A stretch of 45,679 nt of DNA from a bacterium UBP10_UBA1149 (GTDB lineage Bacteria > Desulfobacterota > Binatia > UBA1149): positions 1 to 45,679 of the forward strand of contig DBZX01000055.1 in the NCBI GenBank assembly GCA_002311335.1, written 5' to 3'. The position numbers were made by a program, and so were the translations under genes. The notes below the pieces were generated by a model. It was given only the letters and a program-made list of their open reading frames with translations, searched no databases and was not told where the DNA came from. This document shows positions 24,601 to 35,400 of this stretch, in pieces. Numbering within the stretch: position 1 is the stretch's first letter; each line of letters opens with the position of its first letter.

Positions 24601-25466
24601 CGCTCCACCTCCTTTCGGTTCGTATTGTCCGCCATGACACGATCCTCTCCGTTTATGATTTCGAGTAGCTCGACTTCATCGAAGCCGAGAAGATTGATGA
24701 ATTGCCTGCCCCTGCTACTGGAGCTGAGCTTGGCGATACCGGCAGCCAGCCGGTTCGCCTCGTCGTCGTCGATGTAGCGCGTAGCGTACAGTCGTGGCAA
24801 GGGAATTTCCGGTGTTCGACCCAGCTCCACCAGGTTGTCGGTACCGCGCGGATTGACGCGCGCGAGAATTTCAAACTGGGCTGGCGTAACCAGCGCCGCG
24901 TCAACCTGGCCGAAGCTCAGGGCAAGCAGCGCGTCGATATCCTTGGGCACGGGCAGTACCCTTGCCCCGTCGCCCACCAGCGAGCGTATTCCCGAAGCGC
25001 TGGCGGGGTAGTCGATGGAACCCGGGTGCACTGCCGCGGCTACGGTTGCGTTGGCGAGTCCTGCGAGCGAGGACACCCCCTTGGTGGTCATAAGAACCTT
25101 GTGGTAGGTGTCGCGCCCATTACGGGTGGGGCGAAGCAGCGCGCGCAGTTGCAGGTTCTCCCCGTGCTCGGCGGCTACCCAGCCGGGCACGAGCACGAGC
25201 GCGGGCCGGGCGGTGGAAAGCTGGCCCACGAGGTCTTCGTAGCGGGCGAAGGCCTGGAAACTCAGGCCCAGTCCCGATTCAGAAAGCGCACGGTCAGCGG
25301 CCTCGGCCAGAGTGCTCAGGTTGCCGGGCGCCCAGTCGGGGCTGAAAAAGAACAGCTCAGCGTCGCTCGCACGCGCCACTACTGGCGTACAAAGCACTAA
25401 GCACAGAAAACAGGCTGTCGTTCGGCGCAGCAGGTCTATATCCCCCGGTCGCCCGCGAAGTAGCAA
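24597..25466 (-). CDS. periplasmic PhnD-like (phosphonate-binding fold, PF12974-like) substrate-binding protein
   Basis: The conserved part begins around LLRRTTACFLCLVLCTPVVARA (signal peptide), followed by ELFFFSPDWAPG..., ALVLVPGW and ...AALVTPAQFE. The nearest in-frame start upstream of the signal peptide is TTG 25466. The track's 436-aa version (to 25907) adds 147 implausible residues and overlaps the divergent kinase gene. The exact start is uncertain. Confidence 0.7.
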   Translation of the reverse strand: MLLRGRPGDIDLLRRTTACFLCLVLCTPVVARASDAELFFFSPDWAPGNLSTLAEAADRALSESGLGLSFQAFARYEDLVGQLSTARPALVLVPGWVAAEHGENLQLRALLRPTRNGRDTYHKVLMTTKGVSSLAGLANATVAAAVHPGSIDYPASASGIRSLVGDGARVLPVPKDIDALLALSFGQVDAALVTPAQFEILARVNPRGTDNLVELGRTPEIPLPRLYATRYIDDDEANRLAAGIAKLSSSSRGRQFINLLGFDEVELLEIINGEDRVMADNTNRKEVER

Positions 25467-25828
25467 GCAGTGGGCCAGCGGTCGGCTTCGCCGATAAAGC
25501 AGCTGTTTTCGGGCCTTACTGATGATGTCCGGTGACAGGTGGCAACAGCTTGCCGTTACAATTTTGCCGCTACAGCGAGTTTTACGTACACGCGTTTGCC
25601 CTCCGCGCGGGCTGCGCTTGAAGGCCCTGCTGACGGCCGTGCTGGGCGTCGTCATCGGACAAAAATGTGACGCAACAGTATTTTTTTGACGCCGCGGTCG
25701 CGGCTGCTGAGATTCGAGCCGCGTTGTGCCGCTGAAACAAAGGGTTGAGCAAAGGGCAGGGATTGGAACGGCTATTGCATTCTCGCGGAGGCAGTAAGGC
25801 GACAGGACTGTTGCCGGGCGAGGAACAA

Positions 25829-28039
25829 ATGAGACTGAAACAATTTCAAAAATTTGTAGTCGGCAGGATGGATGGCGAAGCAGTGGGTCCTGTCCTTGGC
25901 CGCTCACACACCGCGGTACTGCTGTCCGTACTGATATTCGGCCTGCTGGCTTCCTGCGTGCTTTACGTGATGGTAAGGGGCTGGGAGCTGCGCCGCGTGC
26001 AGGCTGACTTTTCCCACCGGGCGAGCAACTTCGCCATGGCCGTAGACGAACGGCTCGAAGTGGGGTCGGTTATCCTCAAGAGCTTTGTTGGCCTGTACGG
26101 TGCCGGCAAGGGAATGAACGATGAAGAGTTCCGGGCCATGGCTCGGCCGTTTACCTCGGGACAGCAGGGCCTGGGTGCCCTGGGCTGGGCGGTCCCCGGT
26201 CCGGGTGGAGACGCCCGGGGAGGCGATCTGTTCTCGGCGCGTGGCGAGCAGGTGGTATCCACGGAACCCGTAAGCCTGCGATTTGCGCTGCGACTTTCCG
26301 AGAGTGCCCAGGGCGTACCCGACCTGTCGGGCGTGGACCTGTCTTCGCTGCCCGGTGTACCAGCGGTGATGGCAGAGGCGGGCATGCGCGGCGAGACAAT
26401 GACTTCGGCCATCATGGACCTGGCCACCGACAGTGGGCAGGAGCCGGTGTTCTTCATGTTTGCACCCGTGTACCAGGCCGATGGAGCAGACCAGGGCCGA
26501 CCCGCGGCTTACGCGGTGGGTTTGTTCTCGGTAGCCGACATTGTCGAGTCGTCGCTTCTCAACATGGACGAAATAATGGCGGTGAGCATAAGCGAAGTGC
26601 TGCCGGGCGGTGGCCGTAGCTCGCTGCTCGAGCGGGGCTCGCCCGAGCTCGGCCGATCCCTGCAGATGTTTGCCGGTGTCCGGTGGTCGCGGATGCTCGA
26701 GCACGGTGGGCGCAGCTGGCAGTTGGCCGCTGTACCGACCGAGGGCTACCTGGCAACCCAGCGCACCCACCAGGCCGAGGGCCTGTTGGTCACCGGCACA
26801 CAGTTTACCGTGCTCCTGGTGGCGTACCTGTTTCTCGCCGTTGGACGCGCGGCCAGGATCGAGCTGGAAGTCAAAGAGAGGACCGCGGCCCTGGCCACGG
26901 CTAACCGCGATCTGAAAAAGGAAATACTCCAGCGGCGTACCGCCGAGCGCGCCCTGCGCCAGGGTGAGGAACGTATACGGGCCATAGTCACCCACGCTGC
27001 CGACGGAATAATTGCGCTCGATCGCGATGGCAGGATTGAATCGGTCAACGTGGCAGCGGAACAGATCTTTGCCATGTCCGCTTCGGAACTGCAGGGAGTG
27101 GCGATCAGCGAGCTGATGGAGCTGGCCGACGACGGTGACCTGGGCGAGCTTGTACAGAGTCTGCAGGGAACCCACGTCGAGGTCACCGCCCGGCGGGGCG
27201 ATGGCGAGCAGCTTACCGTGGGGCTGGCTGTCAGTCGCCTGCCCGAGGAAGAGGGCGGCGGGTGTTTCGTGGCCGTTGTAAGGGACATGTCGAGAGAGCG
27301 CGAGCTTGACCGCATGAAGTCTGATTTCGTGAGCAACGTGTCCCACGAGATGCGTACCCCGTTGTCGGCGATGATATTCGCCGCGCGTAGCCTGGCCCGT
27401 CGCAAGGGCGTGGACGGAAAGAACGATGACGCGAGCGTGGAGAAGTTCTCGGGCATCATCGTCGACGAGGGTGAACGCCTGAACAAGCTCATCAACGACG
27501 TACTCGACCTATCCACCATAGAGACGGGCCACGAGTTGTACCGTATCGTGGGCGTACAGCCGGCGGATATCGTCGAGCGGGTGAGCTCCGTTGCCACGAC
27601 GCTGGGGCGTCGCAAGGGTATTGATTTCTCGCTGAAGGTAGACGCCGACGTTGACCCGGTGCACGCGGATCCTGATCGAATCGTCCAGGTGTTGATGAAC
27701 CTGCTCGAGAACGCGATCAAGTTTACACCCTCGGGTGGTCGCGTGGGCTTGACGGTAGCCAGGCATAACTTCAACTACGTTCGCTTTGTTGTCGAGGACA
27801 ACGGGGTGGGCGTGTCAGTGGAAGACAAGGACCGGATATTCCAGCGCTTTGAACAGGGAGGCGACGTGATGACCACGCGGCCTTCGGGCACCGGGCTGGG
27901 ATTGTCGATTTGTCGCGAAGTCGTTGACAGCCATGGCGGCAGCATCTGGGTGGAGAGCGAGCCGAACGAAGGCGCGCGTTTCAGTTTTATCCTGCCAGTG
28001 GTCGACAAGCGCAGGGCCTCACTGCGCGAGTGCGCCTGA
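25829..28039 (+). CDS. sensor histidine kinase with extracytoplasmic CHASE-like domain, PAS, HisKA and HATPase_c; no receiver domain
   Basis: Start set at ATG 25829 (GAGGAA upstream). TM1 is AVLLSVLIFGLLASCVLYVMV. The extracytoplasmic region of about 290 aa (ADFSHRASNFAMAVDERLE...EEFRAMARPF...LGALGWAVPG) looks CHASE-like. TM2 is LLVTGTQFTVLLVAYLFLAVG. PAS region: ERIRAIVTHAADGIIALDRDGRIESVN. H-box: FVSNVSHEMRTP. G-box: GTGLGLSICREVV. Confidence 0.85.
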   Translation: MRLKQFQKFVVGRMDGEAVGPVLGRSHTAVLLSVLIFGLLASCVLYVMVRGWELRRVQADFSHRASNFAMAVDERLEVGSVILKSFVGLYGAGKGMNDEEFRAMARPFTSGQQGLGALGWAVPGPGGDARGGDLFSARGEQVVSTEPVSLRFALRLSESAQGVPDLSGVDLSSLPGVPAVMAEAGMRGETMTSAIMDLATDSGQEPVFFMFAPVYQADGADQGRPAAYAVGLFSVADIVESSLLNMDEIMAVSISEVLPGGGRSSLLERGSPELGRSLQMFAGVRWSRMLEHGGRSWQLAAVPTEGYLATQRTHQAEGLLVTGTQFTVLLVAYLFLAVGRAARIELEVKERTAALATANRDLKKEILQRRTAERALRQGEERIRAIVTHAADGIIALDRDGRIESVNVAAEQIFAMSASELQGVAISELMELADDGDLGELVQSLQGTHVEVTARRGDGEQLTVGLAVSRLPEEEGGGCFVAVVRDMSRERELDRMKSDFVSNVSHEMRTPLSAMIFAARSLARRKGVDGKNDDASVEKFSGIIVDEGERLNKLINDVLDLSTIETGHELYRIVGVQPADIVERVSSVATTLGRRKGIDFSLKVDADVDPVHADPDRIVQVLMNLLENAIKFTPSGGRVGLTVARHNFNYVRFVVEDNGVGVSVEDKDRIFQRFEQGGDVMTTRPSGTGLGLSICREVVDSHGGSIWVESEPNEGARFSFILPVVDKRRASLRECA

Positions 28040-28098
28040 GCCGCAATTGAAAGGCCGGGCTGTACTCGAGCGGGGGCGCGCGCTAGTTTTGCTGCGTC

Positions 28099-29526
28099 GT
28101 GGTCGTAAACTCACTGCCTTTTTATCTCGCGGGTAGCCCCGAGGCCCCCAACGCCGACCTCGAGGTTTTTGACAAGTTCAGCGGCGAGCCGCTGGCCCGA
28201 GTGGCCCTGGCCGACCAGCATACTATCGACAGCGCTATAGAGTCCGCCTGTGCGGCTGCCGCCGGAATGGCAGCCATGCCAGCGTGGAGACGCGAGCAGG
28301 TACTGCTGCACTGCGTGGCGCGTTTTGAGCAACGCGCCGAAGAGCTGGCCCTGGGCCTCTGCGCCGAGGCCGGCAAACCCATACGCGACGCCAGGGGCGA
28401 GGTCGGCCGCTTGATCGACACTTTTCGTTACGCGGCCGGCGAGTCTCTGCGCATGGGTGGAGAGGTGATGCCGCTGGACATCAGCCCGCGTGCCACCGGC
28501 TACAGCGGTAGCTGGAAGCGCGTGCCGGTGGGCCCGTGCTCCTTCATCACGCCTTTCAACTTTCCGCTCAATCTCGTGGCGCACAAGGTGGCGCCGGCCA
28601 TCGCCGCTGGCTGTCCGTTTGTTCTCAAACCGGCCAGCCTTACGCCCCTGGGTGCGTTGACCATAGGCGAGATACTGGCGGAGACCGATCTGCCCGCAGG
28701 CGCCTTCTCGATATTGCCGTGCAGGCGCGACGCGGCCGAGCGGTTGATAACCGACGACCGGCTTGCCCTGCTCAGTTTTACTGGCTCTCCAGCAGTCGGC
28801 TGGGATTTGAAGGCCCGCGCGGGTCGCAAGAAAACGGTTCTCGAGCTCGGCGGCAACGCCGCGGTGGTGGTCGACGAAACCGCCGATCTCGCCGACGCCG
28901 CTGAGCGCATCGTGTTCGGTGCCTTCTACCAGTCGGGACAGAGCTGCATCGGCGTGCAGAGGATAATAGTGCAGGCCTCGGTCTACGACGAGCTGCTGGG
29001 GTTGCTGGTGGCGGCCACCGGTAAGCTCGTGGTGGGTGACCCGGCGCAGGAAGAGACCTTCGTGGGCCCCATGATATCCGAAGACGAAGCGGCGAGGCTT
29101 GAGTCGTGGATAGAGGGGGCGGTGGCCGCTGGTGGCCACTTGCTATGTGGCGGAGGGCGTGAAGGCGCGTTGCACGAGCCCAGCTTGCTCGAAGGCGTGC
29201 CCAAAGACTGCGAGTTGGTTTGCCGTGAAGCCTTCGGGCCGGTGGCGGTGCTGTCGAGGTTTGATCATTTCGACGAAGCCCTGGCCATGGTCAACGACAG
29301 CGACTTCGGCCTGCAGGCAGGAGTGTTCACGCGCGATGTCCATCGTGCCCAGCAAGCCTGGGACGAACTCGAGGTGGGGGGAGTCGTCATAGGTGACGTG
29401 CCGTCCTGGCGGGTTGACCACATGCCTTACGGCGGCGTCAAGCAGAGCGGCCTGGGCAGGGAAGGCGTACGCTACGCCATGGAAGACATGAGCGAGATCC
29501 GCATGATGGTGCTCCGCCGGCCCTGA
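28099..29526 (+). CDS. NAD(P)-dependent aldehyde dehydrogenase family protein
   Basis: 475 aa with a GTG start. FNFPLNLVAHKVAPAIAAGCPFVLKPAS, the catalytic region ELGGNAAVVV and QSGQSCIGVQR (catalytic Cys), and PYGGVKQSGLGREG are canonical ALDH motifs. Confidence 0.9.
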   Translation: MVVNSLPFYLAGSPEAPNADLEVFDKFSGEPLARVALADQHTIDSAIESACAAAAGMAAMPAWRREQVLLHCVARFEQRAEELALGLCAEAGKPIRDARGEVGRLIDTFRYAAGESLRMGGEVMPLDISPRATGYSGSWKRVPVGPCSFITPFNFPLNLVAHKVAPAIAAGCPFVLKPASLTPLGALTIGEILAETDLPAGAFSILPCRRDAAERLITDDRLALLSFTGSPAVGWDLKARAGRKKTVLELGGNAAVVVDETADLADAAERIVFGAFYQSGQSCIGVQRIIVQASVYDELLGLLVAATGKLVVGDPAQEETFVGPMISEDEAARLESWIEGAVAAGGHLLCGGGREGALHEPSLLEGVPKDCELVCREAFGPVAVLSRFDHFDEALAMVNDSDFGLQAGVFTRDVHRAQQAWDELEVGGVVIGDVPSWRVDHMPYGGVKQSGLGREGVRYAMEDMSEIRMMVLRRP

Positions 29527-29559
29527 CGGGTGGGCGCGGGCTGCGACGGGATTCGCTGG

Positions 29560-31014
29560 CTAGGAGGCGAACACAGGCGGGCGACGGTCGGCCCAGGGAT
29601 TGGCCTTCTCCAGTTGCCCGGCCACCGAGTACAGCAGGTCTTCGCGTCCGTGCGCCGCGGTAATCATTACACCCACCGGTAGCCCGTCGTTGGACCAGTG
29701 CAAGGGCAGCGAGATCGCCGGCTGTCCGGTGACGTTGGCCACGGGCGTGTAGGGGATCAGCTCCAGGATCTTCTGCGTGGAGCTTTCGACGTCGCCGTCT
29801 TTGGGGCTGAGGTCGCCGATTCTCGGAGGTGTTGAGCCCAGCGTGGGTGTGACCAACAGGTCAAAGCCGTCGTCCTGCCACCAGCCCAGCATTCGCCGGG
29901 TGTAGCGGCTCATCCACTTGAGCGTGTCTATGTAGTCGGCGGCCAGTATGGGGCGCCCGATGGAGGCCATCATGGCAGTGCCGGCTTCTACCTGCTCGTC
30001 GCCCACGCTGCGACCGGTAATCGTGGCCCACTCGTTCAAGCTGGCGGCCACCCAGCTGCCGATCACGCGCATGAAATGAAAGCGCAGTTCTTCGAGTTCA
30101 TCGAAGGCCGAGGGGTGAGACTCTTCTACTTCGTGGCCCAGCGATGACAACAGGCGCCCGGCGTTGAGCACCGCGGTTTCGCATTCCGGGTTGAGCGGTA
30201 TCGACTGGGCGGGGAAGCTGGTCATGAGCCCCAGCTTGAGACGCCCGGGCTCGGTGGTGGCGGCCTGCAACCAGGATCCAGAGGGGCCGGGGGCGGTGTA
30301 GGGGTCACCGGCCTCGTAGCTGGCCACGCAGTCGAGAACCGCGGCGCTGTCGCGTACCGAGCGCGTGACGACGTGCGAATTGACCAGGCCCGCCCAGTAC
30401 TCGCCGTAGTCTGGCCCCAGCGAACAGCGCCCACGCGTGGGCTTGAGGCCGACCAGCCCGCACTCACTCGCGGGGATGCGTATAGAGCCACCACCGTCGC
30501 TCGCGTGCGCCACCGGCACCATGCCCGATGCTACGGCCGCTCCCGAGCCGCCGCTGCTGCCTCCCGTGGAATGCGCAGTGTTCCAGGGATTGAGGCTGGG
30601 CCCGTAGGACTCGGGCTCGGTGGTGACGGTGAGACCCAGTTCGGGGGTGTTGGTCTTGCCCAGGGTGACGAAGCCGGCCGCGTTGAATTTTTTTACCAGC
30701 GTTGAGTCGTGGTCAGGACGGTAGTCGAGTTCCTTGAGCAGCTTCATGCCACAGTGAAACGGGTCGCCGGCCGAGGCAGCGTCGAGATCCTTGAGCAGGA
30801 AGGGGACTCCCTTGAACGGGCCGTCGCTGAGCTCATCGGATTGGGCCCTGCGCCGGGCCTGGTCGTAGAGCTTAGTGATGACGGCGTTGAGCTCGCCGTT
30901 GACCGATTCGATGCGTTCGATCGCGGCCTCCACGAGTTCGGCTGCGCTGGCCTCCCCGCTGGCCACGAGTTCGGCCTGGGCCAGTCCGTCCATCTTGTTC
31001 AGATCGTTGCTCAT
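29560..31014 (-). CDS. amidase-signature (AS) family amidase
   Basis: Start set at MSNDLNK (GGAGAG upstream). KDLDAASAG, the Gly/Ser-rich signature [33 protein letters not shown] and [12 protein letters not shown] are diagnostic. Confidence 0.9.
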   Translation of the reverse strand: MSNDLNKMDGLAQAELVASGEASAAELVEAAIERIESVNGELNAVITKLYDQARRRAQSDELSDGPFKGVPFLLKDLDAASAGDPFHCGMKLLKELDYRPDHDSTLVKKFNAAGFVTLGKTNTPELGLTVTTEPESYGPSLNPWNTAHSTGGSSGGSGAAVASGMVPVAHASDGGGSIRIPASECGLVGLKPTRGRCSLGPDYGEYWAGLVNSHVVTRSVRDSAAVLDCVASYEAGDPYTAPGPSGSWLQAATTEPGRLKLGLMTSFPAQSIPLNPECETAVLNAGRLLSSLGHEVEESHPSAFDELEELRFHFMRVIGSWVAASLNEWATITGRSVGDEQVEAGTAMMASIGRPILAADYIDTLKWMSRYTRRMLGWWQDDGFDLLVTPTLGSTPPRIGDLSPKDGDVESSTQKILELIPYTPVANVTGQPAISLPLHWSNDGLPVGVMITAAHGREDLLYSVAGQLEKANPWADRRPPVFAS

Positions 31015-31118
31015 CTGTTGTCTCTCCGTCACCGAGGCCGGTTTCAGTTGACCGGCAGGCAACAGGTATAGTGGCCCCCGGCGGCTGTTGAAAGCAGGCG
31101 CAGGGGAGAGAAAACGGG

Positions 31119-31910
31119 ATGCCCTACCAGTACCAGTCGTTACGCGTTGAAACAGTTGGCGGTGTGCTCCGGGTCACGATCGACAGGCCGGACAGCGATC
31201 TGAACGCCGTCGATGAAGTGCTGCACGCCGAACTGGCGCGCCTTTTTTCTGACTTGCGCCACGAGAACGAGGCCAGGGCGGTGCTGCTCACCGGTGGGGG
31301 AAGGGCCTTTTCGGCGGGCGGGGATTTCGAATGGTTTCCCAGCTTGCAGCAGCCCGGCAAGCTCGAGGAACTGAGGCGCGACGCGCGTTCGCTTATCTGG
31401 GACCTGCTCGACGTCGAGCTGCCCATAGTGGCGGCCGTCAACGGGCCGGCAATAGGCCTGGGCGCTACCATTGCGCTGTTGTGTGACACCATATTCATGG
31501 CCGAGAGCGCGACGGTGGCAGACCCTCACGTAAGGGTAGGGCTGGTCGCGGGCGACGGGGGTACGGTGGCTTGGCCACTGGCCGTCGGGCCGGCCCGCGC
31601 CAAGCAGTACCTGATGACGGGCGACCCGGTGTCGGCGCAGGAGGCCGAGAGGATAGGGCTGGTCAACTTCGTGGTGCCCGACGACGAACTCGATCATCGC
31701 GCCATGGAGTTCGCCACTCGATTGGCCGACCTGGCGCCCTTGCCACTGCGCTACACCAAGGCGGCCGTCAACAAGCTGGTCAAGGAAGCGCTCAACACCT
31801 CTTTCGATTTCGCCCTGGCGATGGAGATCTCTACTTTTCACAGCGAAGACCACGCCGAGGCCCTCGCGGCCATCAAGGAGAAAAGATCCCCATCGTTCAA
31901 GGGACGCTAG
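31119..31910 (+). CDS. enoyl-CoA hydratase/isomerase (crotonase) family protein
   Basis: 263 aa. LTGGGRAFSAGGDF, PIVAAVNGPAIGLGATIALLCD and GGTVAWPLAVGPARAKQYLMTG are crotonase-fold motifs. Confidence 0.9.
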   Translation: MPYQYQSLRVETVGGVLRVTIDRPDSDLNAVDEVLHAELARLFSDLRHENEARAVLLTGGGRAFSAGGDFEWFPSLQQPGKLEELRRDARSLIWDLLDVELPIVAAVNGPAIGLGATIALLCDTIFMAESATVADPHVRVGLVAGDGGTVAWPLAVGPARAKQYLMTGDPVSAQEAERIGLVNFVVPDDELDHRAMEFATRLADLAPLPLRYTKAAVNKLVKEALNTSFDFALAMEISTFHSEDHAEALAAIKEKRSPSFKGR

Positions 31911-31934
31911 CCAGGCTGCGGGGATGTTCCCTGT

Positions 31935-32405
31935 CTACAGGCTGCCGCGGGTGACCATGAGCAGGAACACGGCAATCATCGTCACGGTCGCGATAAGACC
32001 TGCGATGCTCCAGCGCCGGCTCAGGCTGATGTACTCCGCCTGGGCCTGGGCGTCATCGGCCGCGGCCGAGTGCGCCAGGCGTGCGAGCGCTGATTCGGCG
32101 CGGAAAGACCAGGCCAGTATAGCCACCAGGATCGCGTACAACAGGATGGCGGGTGGCAGCCAGCCCTGGGTCAGGGAGTGCTCCCCGACCACGGCCTGCA
32201 CCAGCCCGGTGGCGGGCAGCAGCAGCGCGGCAGGCAGCATGAACAGGCGGTTGTTGAGCAGTACCTGCTGCATGGCCCAGTCGCGTCGCAGCCAGTCACC
32301 ATTGCGATCGGCGGCTGTTTTAAGCAGGCCGTTTGCCAGGCTGACGCCGAAAAATACCGACGCGGCCAGGAGGTGAACTGTCTTGAGCAGTAGTACCGGG
32401 TGCAC
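31935..32405 (-). CDS. DUF2269-like integral membrane protein
   Basis: 156 aa with four hydrophobic helices. The N-terminus MHPVLLLKTVHLLAASVFFG is typical of DUF2269 (PF10027) as I recall it. Confidence 0.65.
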   Translation of the reverse strand: MHPVLLLKTVHLLAASVFFGVSLANGLLKTAADRNGDWLRRDWAMQQVLLNNRLFMLPAALLLPATGLVQAVVGEHSLTQGWLPPAILLYAILVAILAWSFRAESALARLAHSAAADDAQAQAEYISLSRRWSIAGLIATVTMIAVFLLMVTRGSL

Positions 32406-32475
32406 GCGGCACAGTTAGCTGTCTAGCTGCGAATGCACAAGCCGAGGCGAGGCAAGTGAAGCGAGTGTCGCCGGC

Positions 32476-35400
32476 TCAGCTGCAGCTGCCGTCGGCGAGG
32501 TTGTTGTCGAACTGGTCGCAGTCGTACGCCATGTTGTCGATTACATTGAGCTCCTGACAGGTTTCGCACAGCGTTACTTCGACCGCGCAGTCTGCCGCCG
32601 CTGTCCCGTCCGGGCTGGTCGAGCAACTTCCGGGCAGCGTCTGCGACACGTCAACCGAAGCGCAGGTCTTTGTCATTTTACTGGATGTCTTGTCTCGGGC
32701 CCTGGCCAGTTTACCCGAGGAGTCCGTCGCCAGGACATCAAAACAGCCGGCCAGTTGTGCGCTACCCGTGAAACTTCCGGCCTTAAGTCCCGACTTCTTG
32801 CAGGCCTGGAACAGCTTGTGAACTGAGAACGACAGCTTGCTTGCCGAGAATTGCACGGTGGCCTGGCAGCGCGCGCCGTCGCGGTTTTCGGCCGTGGTAA
32901 GCGCTGCCGACGACAGGTCATTGCCGAGTAACCCGGCGACCAACGACAGTTCTCCGTCCTCCGCGCCGTCGCCGGCGGTCGTGGCGTCTGTGAAACCAAA
33001 CGAGGGAGGCGACTGGCACTTGCTCAGCACGGTGTCACTCAGCTTCTGGCGGGCCTTGGCAACCTTGCCCTTGGGGTCGGTCGTGATGCAGGCCTGGGCG
33101 CCCGCGGTGTCGCCCTTGGCGGCCGCTTTCATACAGCCCTTCACGAGCTTGCCACGGGCCTTGGCGACCTTGGACGCAGCCTTGTTGACCAATACTATGC
33201 AGGCCTGCTGGGCCTTGTCTGGAGCCACCTCGGTGGCACATTCGTCCGAACACCCGTCACCGGGGGTGTTGTTACCGTCATCACAGCTTTCCACTCCCTG
33301 CTCGATGTAGCCGTCGCCGCAGAAAGCCCCCAGGCAGTTAGCAGTGCAGGCGTCGGTGTTACTTGAGTTGCCATCGTCGCACTGCTCGCCACTGTCCTGC
33401 ACGCTGTCGCCACAGAAAGGGTTGCTGCAATCGGTCCGGCACGCGTCGGGAGTGCTGTTTGAGTTGGCGGGGCCGTTGTCGCATTCCTCGACGCCTGCCT
33501 GTACGAAGCTGTCGCCGCAGGTCGCGTCCAGGCAGGTAGACGGGCAGGCATCGGTGTCGTCCAGGTTGCCGTCGTCGCACTGTTCGCCGGCAGTGGGGTT
33601 GACCGCCTGGTCGCCACAGGTCGCCGCGGTGCAATCGGCGTCGCAGGTGGCCGACTCGCCGCTGTCGTCGCAGTCCTCGCCCGGGTCGGTCACGCCGTTA
33701 CCGCACGAGGAGGTAACCTCGGTAACCACGGTCTGGCTGCCGCTCTGCCCTTCGTTTGAACTTCCCTGGCCGCTTGCGCTGAGTGAAACCTCGGTCGCTA
33801 TCTCGACGTTGTCCAGGTACCAGCCTGTACCGGGTATGCTGCTGTCGCTGCCCATGCGCCAGCGCAACAGCACCTGCTCGCCCGCCCAGGCCGACAGGTC
33901 AACGCTGGTCTGCAGGTAACCGCCGCCGTTTCCTGTGAAGGCCTGCCGTCCGCCCAGGGGATTGCTGCAACAGGTGTTAAGGCTGGAGTTGTAGCCGTTG
34001 GCCGTCATCGCCGACCCTAGATCGCTCCAGCTGCTACCGCCGTCATCGCTTATCTCGACGACACCGCCGTCGTAGCCGTTCTCGGTGTTATAGTCGTGCC
34101 AGAAGGTAAGCGTCGGGGTGCCGGCCACGGCGATGGGCGAGGCTGTGCGGACCCACAGGTCGCTTTCGATGTCCGGGTCAGGGGCAAACCACGACTGGCC
34201 CGAGCCGCTGCCAGGATCGAAGCAGGTGGGAGAAGACAGGTCGGGTGTGACAAGGGTGAGGCCCTCGATGCTGCTGATTATTATGGTTCCGCTGGCGAAG
34301 AACGGGTACACGTTCCACGCCCCCGCGAACCCCACGGCGTCGCTGGCCGGGTAGATGTCGAAGGACGCGACCTCGCACAGGTTGCCGTTGGCGATGTCGG
34401 AAAGGTCGATGATTCGCAGGCCGGTGGTGTAATTCGATTCGTAGGCGTAGCCGTTCTTGATGTACAGGTTGTGGTCGATGCTGGGCAGGTGCGACGTGTA
34501 ACTCGCGCCGAAAACAGGTGCGTCCAGGTCGCTTACGTCCACGATGTAGGTGCGCGTGTTGTGTCCGCCATACGCTTCGTCAAGCTCATCGTTGAGAAGC
34601 ACGTAAGCGTGGTCCTCGGTGAGCCATCCCTGGTGGGTGTAGGTTACGCCGCTGTAACCCGTTCGCGAGACCTGCACCGGGCTGCTCTTGTCCTCCACGT
34701 CAACGATGGTGAGCGTGTTCTCGTTGAAGGCGAAGCAGATCTCCCGGCCGCTGTAGGCCGAATCCGGTCCGGCGTAGACGACGCACTGCACGTCGTGGGT
34801 GTAGCCGTCGCCCGAGTAGCAGCCAGCCTGAACGGGCGAGGCGGGCGACGACAAGTCTATCATGTGCAGCCCGGCCGAGCAGGTGCCACTGCCCACCACG
34901 TATGCAAAGCCGGTGTCCTCGTTGATCGCTATGTTGTGGGCGTTGCCGAAGTTGGGGTAGTGGGCGGTCTCGCTGAAAGTGACGGGTGGCGATGCCACCG
35001 AACGCAAGCCGGTGAGATCGAACACCTGCATGCCGTGTCCGGAGGCTTCGGAGACGATGTAGACGTGGTCGGCGTAGACCTTCATGTCGCGCCAGTCGCT
35101 TGCAACACCGTTGTGTGCTGGCAGGTCACCCAGGTAGACCGGCGCGGCCGGGTCGGTGACGTCAAGGAACGAGGTGCCAGTGGAGCGGCCGGCTATGGCG
35201 TACTCGCTCCCGGTGGTGCTATCGGTCCAGCCCCAGCTGTCGTTACCGTCTCCCCCGCCTATGGCCGACATGGGGAAGAACTGCTCAAGATCTACCGAGT
35301 TACACGAAAACACGTCGGCCTTGTCGTCGATGCAGGCCGTGGCACCCACCGTGGTCGTAGGCACCGAGTTACGCGACCCCTTTCCGCCGAAAGGATTGCT

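Noticed and set aside
25467-25907. 147-codon N-terminal extension of the PhnD-like ORF (track ORF 24597..25907)
   Set aside because: The extension has no protein-like features and would run through the divergent promoter region into the CHASE-PAS kinase gene. The signal peptide begins only after TTG 25466. The true start codon remains uncertain.
25904-27346. 480-aa minus-strand ORF, plus 26746..27774 (342 aa)
   Set aside because: Both are antisense to the histidine-kinase gene, which has clear CHASE, PAS, HisKA and HATPase motifs. The products are low-complexity.
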